DNA from: an uncultured delta proteobacterium
Lineage (GTDB): Bacteria > Desulfobacterota > Syntrophia > Syntrophales > UBA2192
Direction: 5' to 3'
Length of the DNA stretch: 64,000 nucleotides
Assembly (NCBI GenBank): GCA_963705165.1
Contig: CAVPJD010000026.1
Span: 33,862 to 97,861 of the forward strand
The notes beneath the pieces are model-generated. The model was not told the origin of the DNA. It saw only the letters and a program-made list of their open reading frames with translations, and ran no database searches. Positions within the stretch are counted from its first letter, which is position 1. Each line of letters begins with the position of its first letter. Shown piece by piece: positions 41,216 through 51,842 of the stretch. The position numbers were made by a program, and so were the translations under genes.

Positions 41216-43690
41216 TCAGCCCGTTCGGGCCAGGTCGAGCCGCCCTTCCCACTTCCACAGCAGGACCTCCCTCAGCGCGGCGTGCTCTGGCCGCTCAAGC
41301 CGCGGGTCCCTCTCCACCAACCGGAAGGCCTCCGTCCGGGCATCGTTCAGGAGCCTCCCATCGCGAAGGATGTCGGCCACCCTGAAATCGGGGAAACCGG
41401 ACTGTCGGGTCCCCATGAACTCCCCCGGGCCGCGGATCTCGAGATCCGCCTCGGCGATCCGGAAGCCGTCGACCGTCTGCTCCATGATCCGCAGGCGCTT
41501 GCGGGCGTTTTCCGACCCTTTGTGACCGGTCATCAGGACACAGTAAGAGGGGATATCGCTGCGGCCAACCCTGCCCCGGAGCTGGTGAAGCTGTGCGAGG
41601 CCGAACCGCTCGGCGTGTTCGATCACCATGAGGGAGGCCTGGGGAATGTCGATCCCGACCTCGATCACGGTGGTCGATACCAGGATGTCAAGCCTGCCGT
41701 CGTTGAAGGACTTCATGATCTCGTCCTTCTCCGGACCCTTCATCCGGCCGTGGACGAGACCGATGCGAAGCTCCGGGAAGACATCCTTTTGAAGGTGCTC
41801 GGCCATCCGCGTGGCATCCTTGAGATCAAGGGCCTCCGATTCCGTGACGAGGGGGTATACGATGAAGACCTGGTTTCCCTTGACGATCTCCTTCCGGACG
41901 ATTTCGTAGACCCGGGGCCGTTCCTTCTCGAAGAAGACCTTCGTCTTGACGGGCTTCTTGCCGGGGGGCATCTCGTCGAGGACCGAGATGTCCAGGTCCC
42001 CATAGACGGTCATGGCCAGCGTCCGAGGGATCGGCGTTGCCGTCATGACCAGCACGTCCGGATTTGCCCCTTTGGCCCTCAGGGCCGCTCGCTGCACGAC
42101 GCCGAAACGGTGCTGCTCGTCGACGACGACAAGGCCCAGTTTCCTGAATTCCACGCCCTCCTGGATGAGGGCGTGGGTGCCCACGACGAACTGGATCTCG
42201 CCGTTTTCGATCTGGCGGGCAACTTCCTTTTTCTCAGCAGGACGCATGCTCCCCAGAAGAAGCGCCGCCCTGAGACCCAGGGATCCCACCCACCGCGCGA
42301 TGTTCCGGTAGTGCTGCTCCGCGAGTATTTCCGTCGGCGCCATGATAGCCGCCTGGTAGCCGTTTTCGCAGGCCGTCAACATCGCCGCCATGGACACGAC
42401 GGTCTTGCCGCTTCCCACGTCCCCCTGCAGCAGACGGTGCATGGGCGAAGGCCTCGCCATGTCCCCGTGGATTTCACCGATCACCCGCTTCTGTGCCTCT
42501 GTCAGAGCGAAGGGCAGGATGGAAAGGAACCGGCCCGAAAGCTCCCCTCGCGTCTGGAAAGCGATCCCCTCTTCGAGAATGTGCCCCTTGTGCTTGAGGG
42601 CCATGGCCAGTTCGAAATAGAAAAGCTCGTCGAAAATGAGTCTCTTGTGCGCCGTCGAGCGCATGTCGTTGAGCGGGTGGAGCTCCTCTTCCTGCCCCGG
42701 GAAATGAACGGTGCGGACGGCCTCGATGATGTCGATGAGACCCTGCCTCTCGCAGATGTCGCGGGGAATCGGCCCCGGGACGTAGCGCGCATAATCCTCG
42801 ACGGCGTGCATGAGGATGCGGCGCAGGGGCTTCTGCCCGAGCCCCTCCGTTTCAGAGTAGATGGGTACGATCCGCTTGAAATGCAGGCGAGAGTCCTCGC
42901 CCTCTTCGAGAATCTCGAAGTCGGGGTGGATCATCTCGAGTTCGAACTGGTAGAGGCGGACATCGCCCGTGAGGATCACCCGGATGCCCGGCTTGAACGT
43001 ATTGCGCAGATAGGTGAAGCTGCCCTTGAACCACTTCGCCTTGAGAATTCCCGATTCGTCCTGGAGAACGACCTCGAACACTTTCCTTCTGTGGTAGGGG
43101 CGGATCTCCGCCCGGACGACATCGCCAATGACGGTTTCCTTCTTGCCGACCTCGGCTTCGGTGATCGTTTTGACAAAACGCCGGTCTTCGTATTTACGGG
43201 GGAGGAAATAAAGCAAATCCTCGACCGTCTTGAGACCCTTGCGCGCAAGAAGCACTCCGATCCTGGGACCCACCCCTTTTACGAACTGGGCCTGCAGGGT
43301 CAGTTTCCCGATGGCCGCATCGAGGGATTCCCGCACTTCCCGCTCGACCCCCTCGGGTGGACGTCGGTAGCCGGGCTCCGACCATTGGGCCAGGAGGGCT
43401 TTCATCGAGTCAACCCGGGCAAGCCCCCCGGAGACCCTCCCCTGCCTCTCCACGAGAGACACCTTTTCAAAACCGGAGAAGAGATCATCCATCTGCGTCA
43501 GGAGTTCCTCGAGGCGGGCGGCCTCCCCCGGATGTTTCACCCGTTGCCGGACCATCTCTCGAAGATCGGCGATTTTCCTGCGCAGAGGCACCTCCAGATC
43601 CCGGACGATGGCCAGGTTCCGGTAGGCATTTCCGGCCGAGAACCGCAGGGGGGTTTCGATCTTCTCGAGGGCCTGTTTCAGGGTTTCCAT
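41216..43690 (-). CDS. recG: ATP-dependent DNA helicase RecG
   Basis: GDVGSGKT, DEQHRFG, MTATPIPR, QLRGRVGR, TRQSG; N-terminal extension; start approximate. Confidence 0.96.
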   Translation of the reverse strand: METLKQALEKIETPLRFSAGNAYRNLAIVRDLEVPLRRKIADLREMVRQRVKHPGEAARLEELLTQMDDLFSGFEKVSLVERQGRVSGGLARVDSMKALLAQWSEPGYRRPPEGVEREVRESLDAAIGKLTLQAQFVKGVGPRIGVLLARKGLKTVEDLLYFLPRKYEDRRFVKTITEAEVGKKETVIGDVVRAEIRPYHRRKVFEVVLQDESGILKAKWFKGSFTYLRNTFKPGIRVILTGDVRLYQFELEMIHPDFEILEEGEDSRLHFKRIVPIYSETEGLGQKPLRRILMHAVEDYARYVPGPIPRDICERQGLIDIIEAVRTVHFPGQEEELHPLNDMRSTAHKRLIFDELFYFELAMALKHKGHILEEGIAFQTRGELSGRFLSILPFALTEAQKRVIGEIHGDMARPSPMHRLLQGDVGSGKTVVSMAAMLTACENGYQAAIMAPTEILAEQHYRNIARWVGSLGLRAALLLGSMRPAEKKEVARQIENGEIQFVVGTHALIQEGVEFRKLGLVVVDEQHRFGVVQRAALRAKGANPDVLVMTATPIPRTLAMTVYGDLDISVLDEMPPGKKPVKTKVFFEKERPRVYEIVRKEIVKGNQVFIVYPLVTESEALDLKDATRMAEHLQKDVFPELRIGLVHGRMKGPEKDEIMKSFNDGRLDILVSTTVIEVGIDIPQASLMVIEHAERFGLAQLHQLRGRVGRSDIPSYCVLMTGHKGSENARKRLRIMEQTVDGFRIAEADLEIRGPGEFMGTRQSGFPDFRVADILRDGRLLNDARTEAFRLVERDPRLERPEHAALREVLLWKWEGRLDLARTG

Positions 43691-43969
43691 GATCTCATGT
43701 CCCTTATCGACTCTTCGATGCAGTCCCGACGCTTTTCGACTTGGGCCATGCCGGAAAAGCAACCCCGACACATCCGGAACTTCCCGATATGGTTATCAAA
43801 GTTCCTCTCTTTTCTCAAGCCCGAGTTGTTCCCGGCACGCAGATTCATGCCCTGGCGGCACAGGATCGCATTGACTTATTCGACGTTTTCGGATAATGTG
43901 CAACCGTTTTCCACCGAATGGCCTTTATCCATCCATTCTATCATCTAACTCCACACAACAGGAGCGCTC

Positions 43970-45013
43970 ATGGGGGGGAATATTTCATACAAGGACTCCG
44001 GAGTTGACATTGAAAAGGGAAACCGTTTCATCGACGTGATCAAGCCGCTCGTCAAGACGACTTTCCGAAAAGAAGTGATGGGCAGCCTCGGCGGCTTCGG
44101 GGGCCTCTTTCACCTCGACAAGGTCAAATATCGGGACCCCATTCTCGTCGCCTCGACAGACGGCGTGGGCACCAAGCTCAACATCGCCCGGATGATGAAA
44201 CGCTACAACACGATCGGGATCGACCTCGTCGCCATGTCCGTAAACGACGTGATCGTCCAGGGCGCGGAGCCCCTCTTCTTCCTCGACTACATCGCCTCCG
44301 GCGCCCTCGACGTCGAAACGGGCAGGCAGCTCATCGAAGGCATCGTGAAAGGCTGCAAGGATGCCGGATGCGCCCTTTTGGGCGGGGAGACGGCCGAGAT
44401 GCCGGGGTTCTATGGCGAGGGGGACTACGAACTGGTGGGCTTCTGCGTCGGCATCGTCGAGGCGGACAGGCTGATCGACGGCTCCCGGGTGGGCATCGGC
44501 GACAAGATCATCGGACTTGCCTCGAGCGGGATCCACAGCAACGGCCTGTCGCTTGCGCGAAAGGTCTTCTTCGACCGCTGCGGCCTGCAGGCCAACGACC
44601 CCGTGGAGGGCTTGCTCCTGCCGGTCGGCGAGGAGCTTCTCACGCCCACGAGGATCTACGTCCGGAGCATTCTGAATCTCAACAAGAACTTCAGCCTGAA
44701 GGGGCTCGTCCACATCACGGGCGGCGGCTTCTACGACAATATCCCGCGCATCCTGCCCGAGCGCTGCTCGGCCTTGATCCAGCGGGGGAGCTGGCCCGAG
44801 CTGCCCGTCTTTCAGGCCATCCGGAAGCATGGACAGATCGAAGACGCGGAGATGTTCCGGGTATTCAACATGGGGATCGGCATGATGATCATCGTGGACA
44901 GCGAAACCGCGCCGGAGGTCATCGAACGGCTGGGCGCCCTGGGGGAGAAGGCCTACATGATCGGCTCGATCGAGAAGCGCCAGAAGGATTCCCCGCCCGT
45001 GATCATATCATGA
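43970..45013 (+). CDS. purM: phosphoribosylformylglycinamidine cyclo-ligase
   Basis: YKDSGVDI, TDGVGTK, GGETAEMPG, HSNG, HITGGG. Confidence 0.97.
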   Translation: MGGNISYKDSGVDIEKGNRFIDVIKPLVKTTFRKEVMGSLGGFGGLFHLDKVKYRDPILVASTDGVGTKLNIARMMKRYNTIGIDLVAMSVNDVIVQGAEPLFFLDYIASGALDVETGRQLIEGIVKGCKDAGCALLGGETAEMPGFYGEGDYELVGFCVGIVEADRLIDGSRVGIGDKIIGLASSGIHSNGLSLARKVFFDRCGLQANDPVEGLLLPVGEELLTPTRIYVRSILNLNKNFSLKGLVHITGGGFYDNIPRILPERCSALIQRGSWPELPVFQAIRKHGQIEDAEMFRVFNMGIGMMIIVDSETAPEVIERLGALGEKAYMIGSIEKRQKDSPPVIIS

Positions 45014-45035
45014 ACAGGCATTCAGGGAGCCCCTC

Positions 45036-45701
45036 ATGTCGAGAATCGTAAATCTGGGCGTCCTCGTTTCGGGAAGCGGCTCCAATCTCCAGTCCATCAT
45101 CGACCACATCGAAAAGGGGATTCTGCCTGCCCGGATCCGTATCATTCTGAGCAACCACCCCGGGGCCTTCGCCCTTGAACGGGCCCGAAAGCACGGCATT
45201 GCCTGCGCCGTGATCGAGTACGGCGGCTCCGGCAGCCGGGAGCAATACGACCAGAGACTCGTGGATGCCCTGAAGGCACACGACGTGGAGCTGGTGGTGC
45301 TCGCCGGTTTCATGAGGGTTCTCTCGCCCCTTTTCCTGCGAGCATTCCCCACGCGCATCATGAACATCCACCCGGCCCTCCTGCCGTCTTTTCCCGGCAC
45401 GCACGGCCAGCAGAAGGCCTTTGACTACGGCGTAAAATTCTCCGGCTGCACCGTACACTTCGCCGACGAAGGCGTGGATACAGGTCCCATCATCATCCAG
45501 GCCATCGTCCCCGTCTACGACTCGGATACGGAGGACACTCTTTCCGGGCGCATCCTGAAGGAAGAGCACCGGATCTACCCGAAGGCGATCAAGCTCTACG
45601 CCGAGGGCAAACTGCAGGTCGAGGGCCGCAAGGTACGCATCAAGGATCACCCGCAGCCGGAAGACAGCCCCCGGCACAACCCTCCCGTCGTTGACTTTTG
45701 A
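45036..45701 (+). CDS. purN: phosphoribosylglycinamide formyltransferase
   Basis: SGSGSNLQ, LAGFMR, NIHPALLP, DTGPII. Confidence 0.97.
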   Translation: MSRIVNLGVLVSGSGSNLQSIIDHIEKGILPARIRIILSNHPGAFALERARKHGIACAVIEYGGSGSREQYDQRLVDALKAHDVELVVLAGFMRVLSPLFLRAFPTRIMNIHPALLPSFPGTHGQQKAFDYGVKFSGCTVHFADEGVDTGPIIIQAIVPVYDSDTEDTLSGRILKEEHRIYPKAIKLYAEGKLQVEGRKVRIKDHPQPEDSPRHNPPVVDF

Positions 45702-45791
45702 GTCCCGCCACCTCATGATCGCATTTGACAAGAGGGCTATCTTTCTGGAAAATAGGTCATCATTGAAGGGCTTCCGTCAGGAGGCCAAGGA

Positions 45792-47258
45792 TTGCAAACC
45801 ATGTACGACGTGATCGTCATCGGCAGCGACCTCAGTTCCTTCATCGCCGCACTGCTGTCCGCCCGATACGGCCGCAAGACGCTCCTGCTTTCCGAATGCG
45901 GTCTCGGTGACAGCCTCACACTCTCGGGTTATACCTTCAATATCGACCCTTTCCCCTGGAGCGGCTTCGGCGCAGGACAGATCTTCACAAAGCTGTTCTC
46001 CGAGCTCAACATCCCCCTGCCGGACGCGGCCAAGATCTCCCCCCTGAACCCGGCCTTCCAGGTCGTCCTGCCGGAGCATCGGATCGATTTCTGCATCGAC
46101 AGGGAGGCCCTCATCAACGACATCAGGCGCGAGTACCCCGGTGAAGACAGTCAGGTCCAGAACCTTTACCAGTCCGTCACCAGGGTCTGCGACACCCTGG
46201 ACAAGGCGATCCGGGAGTCTCTGACATCGGCGGACGGGTCCTTCAAAGACCTCATGAAGAACTGGCTCGACATGCCCTTTTTCATGGCGGATATCTGGCG
46301 AGTGTCGCACAAGCTCCGGTCCCTCGGGAGGCAGCCGTCCCTGGAAGCGATTTTCGATTCGGGACTCACCCTGTTTTCGAACCAGTACGTCAACCACGAC
46401 AAACCGCTCTCGTCGGCCTACCTGCTTTCGCTGCCCTGGCGCGGGCTTTACTATCATTTCGGCGGCAAGCACCTCATGCTCGGTCAGCTGCGGAAGCGCT
46501 TCGAGGACCTCCGGGGCGAAACCCTCACGGACTGCGCGATCACGGCCATCCGTGCCGGAGGCAAGATCGAGGTGGACATCAAGCCGAAAGGCAAGCCGAT
46601 CAGCGTCGTGGGACAGGAGCTGATCATCAGCGTAAAATCCCCTGCTCTGGCGATCCTGCTGTCGGGGGAAAAGAAACTATCCAGGCTCGCGCGGAAACTC
46701 CGCAGGGTCGAAACGGCTCAGTATCCCTTCACCCTGCACATGGGCGTCGACAACCGGGGGCTGCCGGACCGTATGAGCGAATACGTCATCTTCGTCCCGG
46801 AACACTCCCGGGACGCCGGAAGCGAAACCGGCCCCTTTCTCTTCCTGGAGTCGAGTGTCGCCGATGACGCGGGACTCGCTCCCCGCGGGAAACGGACGCT
46901 GACGGTAACGGCGCTGCTGTCCCGTTCCCCGCTGCACATGGAGAACGGGGAGCTCAAGGCAACGGCAGAGGATATGATCCGGTCTCTCGAGAGATTCCTG
47001 CCGTTTCTTCGGGAGAGCATGGACTGCATGGATGTGGATCGCTCCATCGAGGTTTCCCGCCAGTATCAGCAGGTCGTGAATCCCCGCTATCGCTTCCCGG
47101 GGCCGTCTCTTCCCTCCCTGGCGACACTCCCGCTCAAGTCCCCCCTGCGCAACGTCCGGATCACCGGTGGAATAACCTTTGCAGGTTTGGGCTTCGAGGG
47201 AGAGGTCCTGTCCGGCATGCAGGCAGGTTACCTCGCAGCAGGGGACGCCGAGATATGA
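45792..47258 (+). CDS. phytoene-dehydrogenase-like oxidoreductase (degenerate FAD motif)
   Basis: YDVIVIGSDLSS N-terminus, GYTF, C-terminal G.GFEG..LSG. Confidence 0.65.
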   Translation: MQTMYDVIVIGSDLSSFIAALLSARYGRKTLLLSECGLGDSLTLSGYTFNIDPFPWSGFGAGQIFTKLFSELNIPLPDAAKISPLNPAFQVVLPEHRIDFCIDREALINDIRREYPGEDSQVQNLYQSVTRVCDTLDKAIRESLTSADGSFKDLMKNWLDMPFFMADIWRVSHKLRSLGRQPSLEAIFDSGLTLFSNQYVNHDKPLSSAYLLSLPWRGLYYHFGGKHLMLGQLRKRFEDLRGETLTDCAITAIRAGGKIEVDIKPKGKPISVVGQELIISVKSPALAILLSGEKKLSRLARKLRRVETAQYPFTLHMGVDNRGLPDRMSEYVIFVPEHSRDAGSETGPFLFLESSVADDAGLAPRGKRTLTVTALLSRSPLHMENGELKATAEDMIRSLERFLPFLRESMDCMDVDRSIEVSRQYQQVVNPRYRFPGPSLPSLATLPLKSPLRNVRITGGITFAGLGFEGEVLSGMQAGYLAAGDAEI

Positions 47259-48562
47259 AAAAGATCGCAGATAATTTCGAAATCCAGAGCCTGGGCGAAC
47301 CGAAGATCCCGTCCCCGCTTACGGTGGGCTACTTCAAGAGCGATGACGAGCGGGTCCTCTGTGACATCAGCATCGGTCTGCGCAAAGCACTTCCGTCCAG
47401 GCCTCTCAAGTCCATGTCCCTGGAAGTCGCCGGCCCGCGGCATATGATCTTCTTCGAACCGCAGAAGGTCAAGGCGGCCGTGGTCTCATGCGGAGGCCTG
47501 TGCCCGGGGATCAACGACGTCATCCGCGCCCTCGTCATGGAGCTCCATCACCGTTACGGCGTCCGGAACATCGTCGGCGTCAAGTATGGCCTCCAGGGCC
47601 TGATCCCGCGATACGGCCATGACTTCCTCGAACTCTCAACGGATGTCGTCAAGGACATCCAGGATCTCGGCGGCAGCATCCTCTCTTCGTCCAGGGGCAA
47701 CCAGGACATCACCGAAATGGTCGACGCCCTGGAGAGGATGAACATCAATCTTTTCTTCGTCATCGGCGGGGACGGCACCATGCAGGCCGCCCAGCTCATC
47801 ACCGACGAGATTGCACGCAGAAAGCTCAAGATCGGCGTGATCGGCATCCCGAAGACGATCGACAACGATCTGGTGCTCATCCAGAAGAGTTTCGGTTTCG
47901 ACACGGCCATCTCGGAGGCCGTCAAGACGATCCAGTGCGCCCACGTCGAAGCCAAAGGGGCCCCCATGGGCATCGGCCTCGTGAAACTGATGGGGCGACA
48001 GTCCGGCCACATCGCCGCCTCGGCAGCCCTGGCCCAGGGCGATGCGACTTTCGTCCTGATCCCCGAAGAGCCCTTCGACCTGGAAGGGGATAAAGGGTTC
48101 CTCCGCCATCTCGAGAGACGGCTCGTTGCCCGGAATCACGCCGTCATCATCGTGGCCGAGGGCGCCGGGCAGAACCTCTTCTCCCGAAAGGCAACGGTGA
48201 AACGCGACGCCTCCGGGAACATCCGGCTCAACGACATCGGCGTATTCCTGAAGGAGAAGATCGAAGAGCACTTCCGGAAAAAGAAGATGGAGATCAACCT
48301 CAAGTACATCGACCCCAGCTACATCATCCGGAGCGTGCCGGCCAATGCCAGCGACAGTATCCTTTGCGGGGTTCTTGCGCAGTATGCCGTCCATGCCGGG
48401 ATGGCCGGCAAAACGGGCATGCTCGTAGGCCTCGTCAACGACGCTTACGTCCACATGCCCTTTCGGGCCGTCGCGGCCCAGAGGAAGATGATCGACCCCA
48501 AGGGCAACATCTGGATGCTCGTCCTCGAGTCGACGGGGCAGCCCCTCTCCATGAAGAACTAA
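47255..48562 (+). CDS. ATP-dependent 6-phosphofructokinase
   Basis: CGGLCPG, GGDGT, PKTIDND, MGR, VAEGAG, DPSY. Confidence 0.93.
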   Translation: MKKIADNFEIQSLGEPKIPSPLTVGYFKSDDERVLCDISIGLRKALPSRPLKSMSLEVAGPRHMIFFEPQKVKAAVVSCGGLCPGINDVIRALVMELHHRYGVRNIVGVKYGLQGLIPRYGHDFLELSTDVVKDIQDLGGSILSSSRGNQDITEMVDALERMNINLFFVIGGDGTMQAAQLITDEIARRKLKIGVIGIPKTIDNDLVLIQKSFGFDTAISEAVKTIQCAHVEAKGAPMGIGLVKLMGRQSGHIAASAALAQGDATFVLIPEEPFDLEGDKGFLRHLERRLVARNHAVIIVAEGAGQNLFSRKATVKRDASGNIRLNDIGVFLKEKIEEHFRKKKMEINLKYIDPSYIIRSVPANASDSILCGVLAQYAVHAGMAGKTGMLVGLVNDAYVHMPFRAVAAQRKMIDPKGNIWMLVLESTGQPLSMKN

Positions 48563-48631
48563 AAACCGCTTGCAATATTCTCAGGGTTGGTTTATGTAAT
48601 CGGACTGATTTCTTTTTGAGAGGTGTCTGTT

Positions 48632-48826
48632 ATGGCCAGAGTCTGCGGTGTCTGTGGCAAGGGCCCGGTGGTGGGTAACAATGTCAGCCACGCCAACAAC
48701 AAAACGAAACGGGTCTGGTACCCCAATCTCCAGAAACTCCAGATCATTGATGACAAGGGTTCCGTGAAACGGATGAAGGTCTGCACCCGCTGCCTGCGGT
48801 CGGGCTTCGTGCGCAAAGCCCTATAG
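48632..48826 (+). CDS. rpmB: 50S ribosomal protein L28 (zinc-ribbon form)
   Basis: CGVCGK, GNNVSHA, PNLQ, CTRC. Confidence 0.96.
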   Translation: MARVCGVCGKGPVVGNNVSHANNKTKRVWYPNLQKLQIIDDKGSVKRMKVCTRCLRSGFVRKAL

Positions 48827-49603
48827 GCCACCGTCAAACCCCGCTTTCGCAATATCCTGCAGCGTTGCCGACAGGAACTCTTCACAGTCGGCAACGCTTT
48901 CGATTCCCCTCTGCAGAAGATCCCGGATGCCGCTCCGCACCTTCTCCCCGGCAACTCCCCCGTAGAACTTGTGGAGGAAAAGCTCGGTTCGGCCCTCAAG
49001 GCTCACCGACCGGCGCAGGATCTCGTTGCGGTACGCGGCCATGCCCTGCACAACGGCGTCCCGCGCTAGCGCCTCCGGCAGCGAGTAGGACCAGGCCAGC
49101 GTGCCGACAAGGCCCTCGAGACGGTTTTCGAGGGTCCAATCCACGGCTTGAGAAAAAAGCTCCACGATCTCGGGGTATCGCCCGAAGACCACCAGATCTA
49201 CGGCCATCTCGATGAGAAGGTGCGATCGATACAGCGCTTCTTCCATGGGGATCTTCCCGTCGTGCCGCCCGCGCAGTTCGATCATGTTCTGCACAAGCGC
49301 TGCGCCCTTGCGGTAGGCATACCCTCCGGAGGCATTCTCGAAACGGTCGTGGCCTCGCCGGGTGATGTGACCGTGGTGGGACAGATCGTCCACAAGGAGG
49401 TGGAACTGGATGAAACGCGCCTTGGCGTGTTCGGGCGCAACGGCCCCGAGGCGCTCAATCCGGTGGGTCATTTCAGGCGTAATGTCCCGGTGGATGGGAA
49501 GAATATCGGGCATCACGTTGTAGATGAGGATATCGAGGTTATCCGGGCACAGTCGGGCGCCCGCATACTCCTTCAGCAGCCATGTGTGCGTGTTGAGCAG
49601 CAT
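48821..49603 (-). CDS. hypothetical protein, possible zinc-dependent phospholipase C-like fold
   Basis: N-terminal THx[14 protein letters not shown]...E...D pattern. Confidence 0.55.
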   Translation of the reverse strand: MLLNTHTWLLKEYAGARLCPDNLDILIYNVMPDILPIHRDITPEMTHRIERLGAVAPEHAKARFIQFHLLVDDLSHHGHITRRGHDRFENASGGYAYRKGAALVQNMIELRGRHDGKIPMEEALYRSHLLIEMAVDLVVFGRYPEIVELFSQAVDWTLENRLEGLVGTLAWSYSLPEALARDAVVQGMAAYRNEILRRSVSLEGRTELFLHKFYGGVAGEKVRSGIRDLLQRGIESVADCEEFLSATLQDIAKAGFDGGL

Positions 49604-49646
49604 CTCATTTTAGAAAATCCGTATCAGAGAGGCAATGCAACCCTCT

Positions 49647-49898
49647 TCACGGCTCCTCCCCGAACGGCTCCTTCCAATCGGTGTCTTCCAGGAAAGGGAT
49701 CGAGTTCTCCCGCGCCATGGCATCCAGGACGCGGTCGACAACCCCCTCGAGACCGTCGGGAATGCAGAGCATCACGACGGCGGTTTTCGAGTCGACGGTG
49801 GTCACCGTGGCGATCCCGTCATAGCCCTCCACGAGGAACTGGAAATGGGCGATGTGACGGGCCGGCAACCGGAAATAACGTTTGCGGCACCCTGTCAT
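49647..49898 (-). CDS. DUF4911-like small protein
   Basis: IAHFQFLVEGYDGIATVTTVD pattern; start uncertain. Confidence 0.65.
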   Translation of the reverse strand: MTGCRKRYFRLPARHIAHFQFLVEGYDGIATVTTVDSKTAVVMLCIPDGLEGVVDRVLDAMARENSIPFLEDTDWKEPFGEEP

Positions 49899-50072
49899 GG
49901 ACGTTCTCATCAGAAAAGCAGGGATATCAGTAGCATCGGCATTGACAAAGATCAAGGACGAATAATTCTTCTCTTGACACAAACCCCGACGCTGTTAGTA
50001 TAGGCGGTGCCCCGACTGGCCCGACAAAACAACGAAGGCCGGCGAATAGGCCCCGAGGAAGAACATGTCTTT

Positions 50073-51806
50073 ATGCTGCCGATCACACGATGGAAACTGT
50101 CTGAAACGCAAGATGAACTCCAGTCTCTTTTCGTAAGGGAATTCAAGCTCAGCCCGATCGTAGCCCAGATCCTCATCAACCGGCAGATCATCGATCTCGA
50201 GTCGGCCAACCGCTATCTGAACTCCTCGCTTCACGACCTTCACAGTCCGTTTCTCATGAAAGACATGAATAAGGGCGTGGAGCGGCTCATCCGGGCCATC
50301 CAGGGCAGGGAAAAGGTAGCCATCTACGGCGATTACGATGCCGACGGCATCACCTCGCTGGCATGCCTCTACCGTTTTCTGCAGGGGATTCACGACAGCG
50401 TAATCTACTACATCCCCGACCGGGTGAGCGAAGGCTACAGCTTGAACCGTTCGGCCATTGACCGGCTGAAGGCGCAGAACGTCAGCCTGATCATAACCGT
50501 TGACTGCGGGGTATCGGACCGGGAGGAAATCGATTACGCCCGCTCCCTCGGCATCGACACCATCGTTCTCGATCATCACGAAGTCCCGCCTGCGCTCCCC
50601 AATGCGTCGGCTGTCATCAACCCCAACCGCAGCGACTGCCCGTTCCCCTTCAAACAGCTCGCCGGTGTCGGGATTGTCTTCAATTTCCTGATTGCGTTGC
50701 GCGGGGGCCTGCGCACAGTCGGTTTCTGGTCCAACCGTCCCTACCCGAACCTGAGGGATTATCTCGACCTCGTGGCCCTGGGCACGATCGGCGACCTTTC
50801 GCCCCTGGTTGATGAAAACCGGATTTTTTCCCGGATCGGTCTCGAACTCATCAATGAAGACCGCCGCGTGGGCCTGAAAGCCCTGAGGGACACGGCGGGA
50901 CTGGGAAATACGGCCATCGACTCCGGGGTGGCCTCCTTCTCGATCATTCCCCGGATCAATGCGGCCGGACGCGTCGGGACGCCCGATGACGCCGTCCGGC
51001 TCCTGCTGACGGAAGACCCCGCCGAAGCGCAGCGCCTCGCCGCGCGCCTGGAGACGTGCAACCGGGAACGCCAGCGCCTCGAAAAAACGATTTTCGACGA
51101 TATCATCGCCCGGATCCACTCCATGGGCAATACGAAAGACAAAGGTGCCCTCGTCCTGGCCTCGCCGGAATGGCATCCCGGTGTGATCGGGATTGTGGCC
51201 TCCCGGGTCGTGGACCGTTTCTACCGACCCACGATCCTCATCAGCCTCAAGGACGGCATCGGCAAGGGCTCGGGAAGAAGCATCGCCGAATTCAATCTCT
51301 ACGAAGGGCTCAAGCTCTGCGATTCCCTGCTCATGTCCTACGGGGGGCATCGATACGCCGCGGGCGTCTCCATCAAGGAGGGCAACATCGAGAGGCTGAG
51401 CGAAATGCTCGGGGACATCGTCAAGGAGGGGCTTGTCGTACAGGGACTGATCCCGGAAACGAACATCGACGCCCAGTGCAGCCTGAACCAGATCACCCAT
51501 GAACTGGTCTCCCAGTTCGACCGTCTGGCCCCCTTCGGGACCCGGAACCCGGAACCGATCTTCTGCGCCCGCAACGTCCAGGTGTCATACCCCACGGTGG
51601 TAGGCAACAAGCACCTCAAGATGCGGGTCTACGGCGACGGCGTCTCCTGCAACTCCATCTGGTTCAACAAGGGGGATTATGCGCAGGATATAGAGGGCGT
51701 GCGGCTGGACATCGCTTTCACCCCGCAGATCAACTACTGGAACGGCTCCTCGAACATCCAGTTGAAAGTGCGCGACATCGCCACCGCCTCGACGCCGGAC
51801 CGATAA
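50073..51806 (+). CDS. recJ: single-stranded-DNA-specific exonuclease
   Basis: GDYDADG, TVDCG, DHH, PRINAAGR, GGH. Confidence 0.96.
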   Translation: MLPITRWKLSETQDELQSLFVREFKLSPIVAQILINRQIIDLESANRYLNSSLHDLHSPFLMKDMNKGVERLIRAIQGREKVAIYGDYDADGITSLACLYRFLQGIHDSVIYYIPDRVSEGYSLNRSAIDRLKAQNVSLIITVDCGVSDREEIDYARSLGIDTIVLDHHEVPPALPNASAVINPNRSDCPFPFKQLAGVGIVFNFLIALRGGLRTVGFWSNRPYPNLRDYLDLVALGTIGDLSPLVDENRIFSRIGLELINEDRRVGLKALRDTAGLGNTAIDSGVASFSIIPRINAAGRVGTPDDAVRLLLTEDPAEAQRLAARLETCNRERQRLEKTIFDDIIARIHSMGNTKDKGALVLASPEWHPGVIGIVASRVVDRFYRPTILISLKDGIGKGSGRSIAEFNLYEGLKLCDSLLMSYGGHRYAAGVSIKEGNIERLSEMLGDIVKEGLVVQGLIPETNIDAQCSLNQITHELVSQFDRLAPFGTRNPEPIFCARNVQVSYPTVVGNKHLKMRVYGDGVSCNSIWFNKGDYAQDIEGVRLDIAFTPQINYWNGSSNIQLKVRDIATASTPDR

Positions 51807-51816
51807 AGTGATCCCC

Positions 51817-51842
51817 GCCTTTAGCCTTTAGCCTTTAGCCTT
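51817..51842. repeat. heptamer tandem repeat (GCCTTTA)x3.7
   Basis: gccttta gccttta gccttta gcctt, overlapping the stop of the M28 gene. Confidence 0.8.

Noticed and set aside
39695..43948. 1417-aa + strand ORF
   Set aside because: Antisense shadow of recG and hom; no motifs; expected from GC-rich codon bias.
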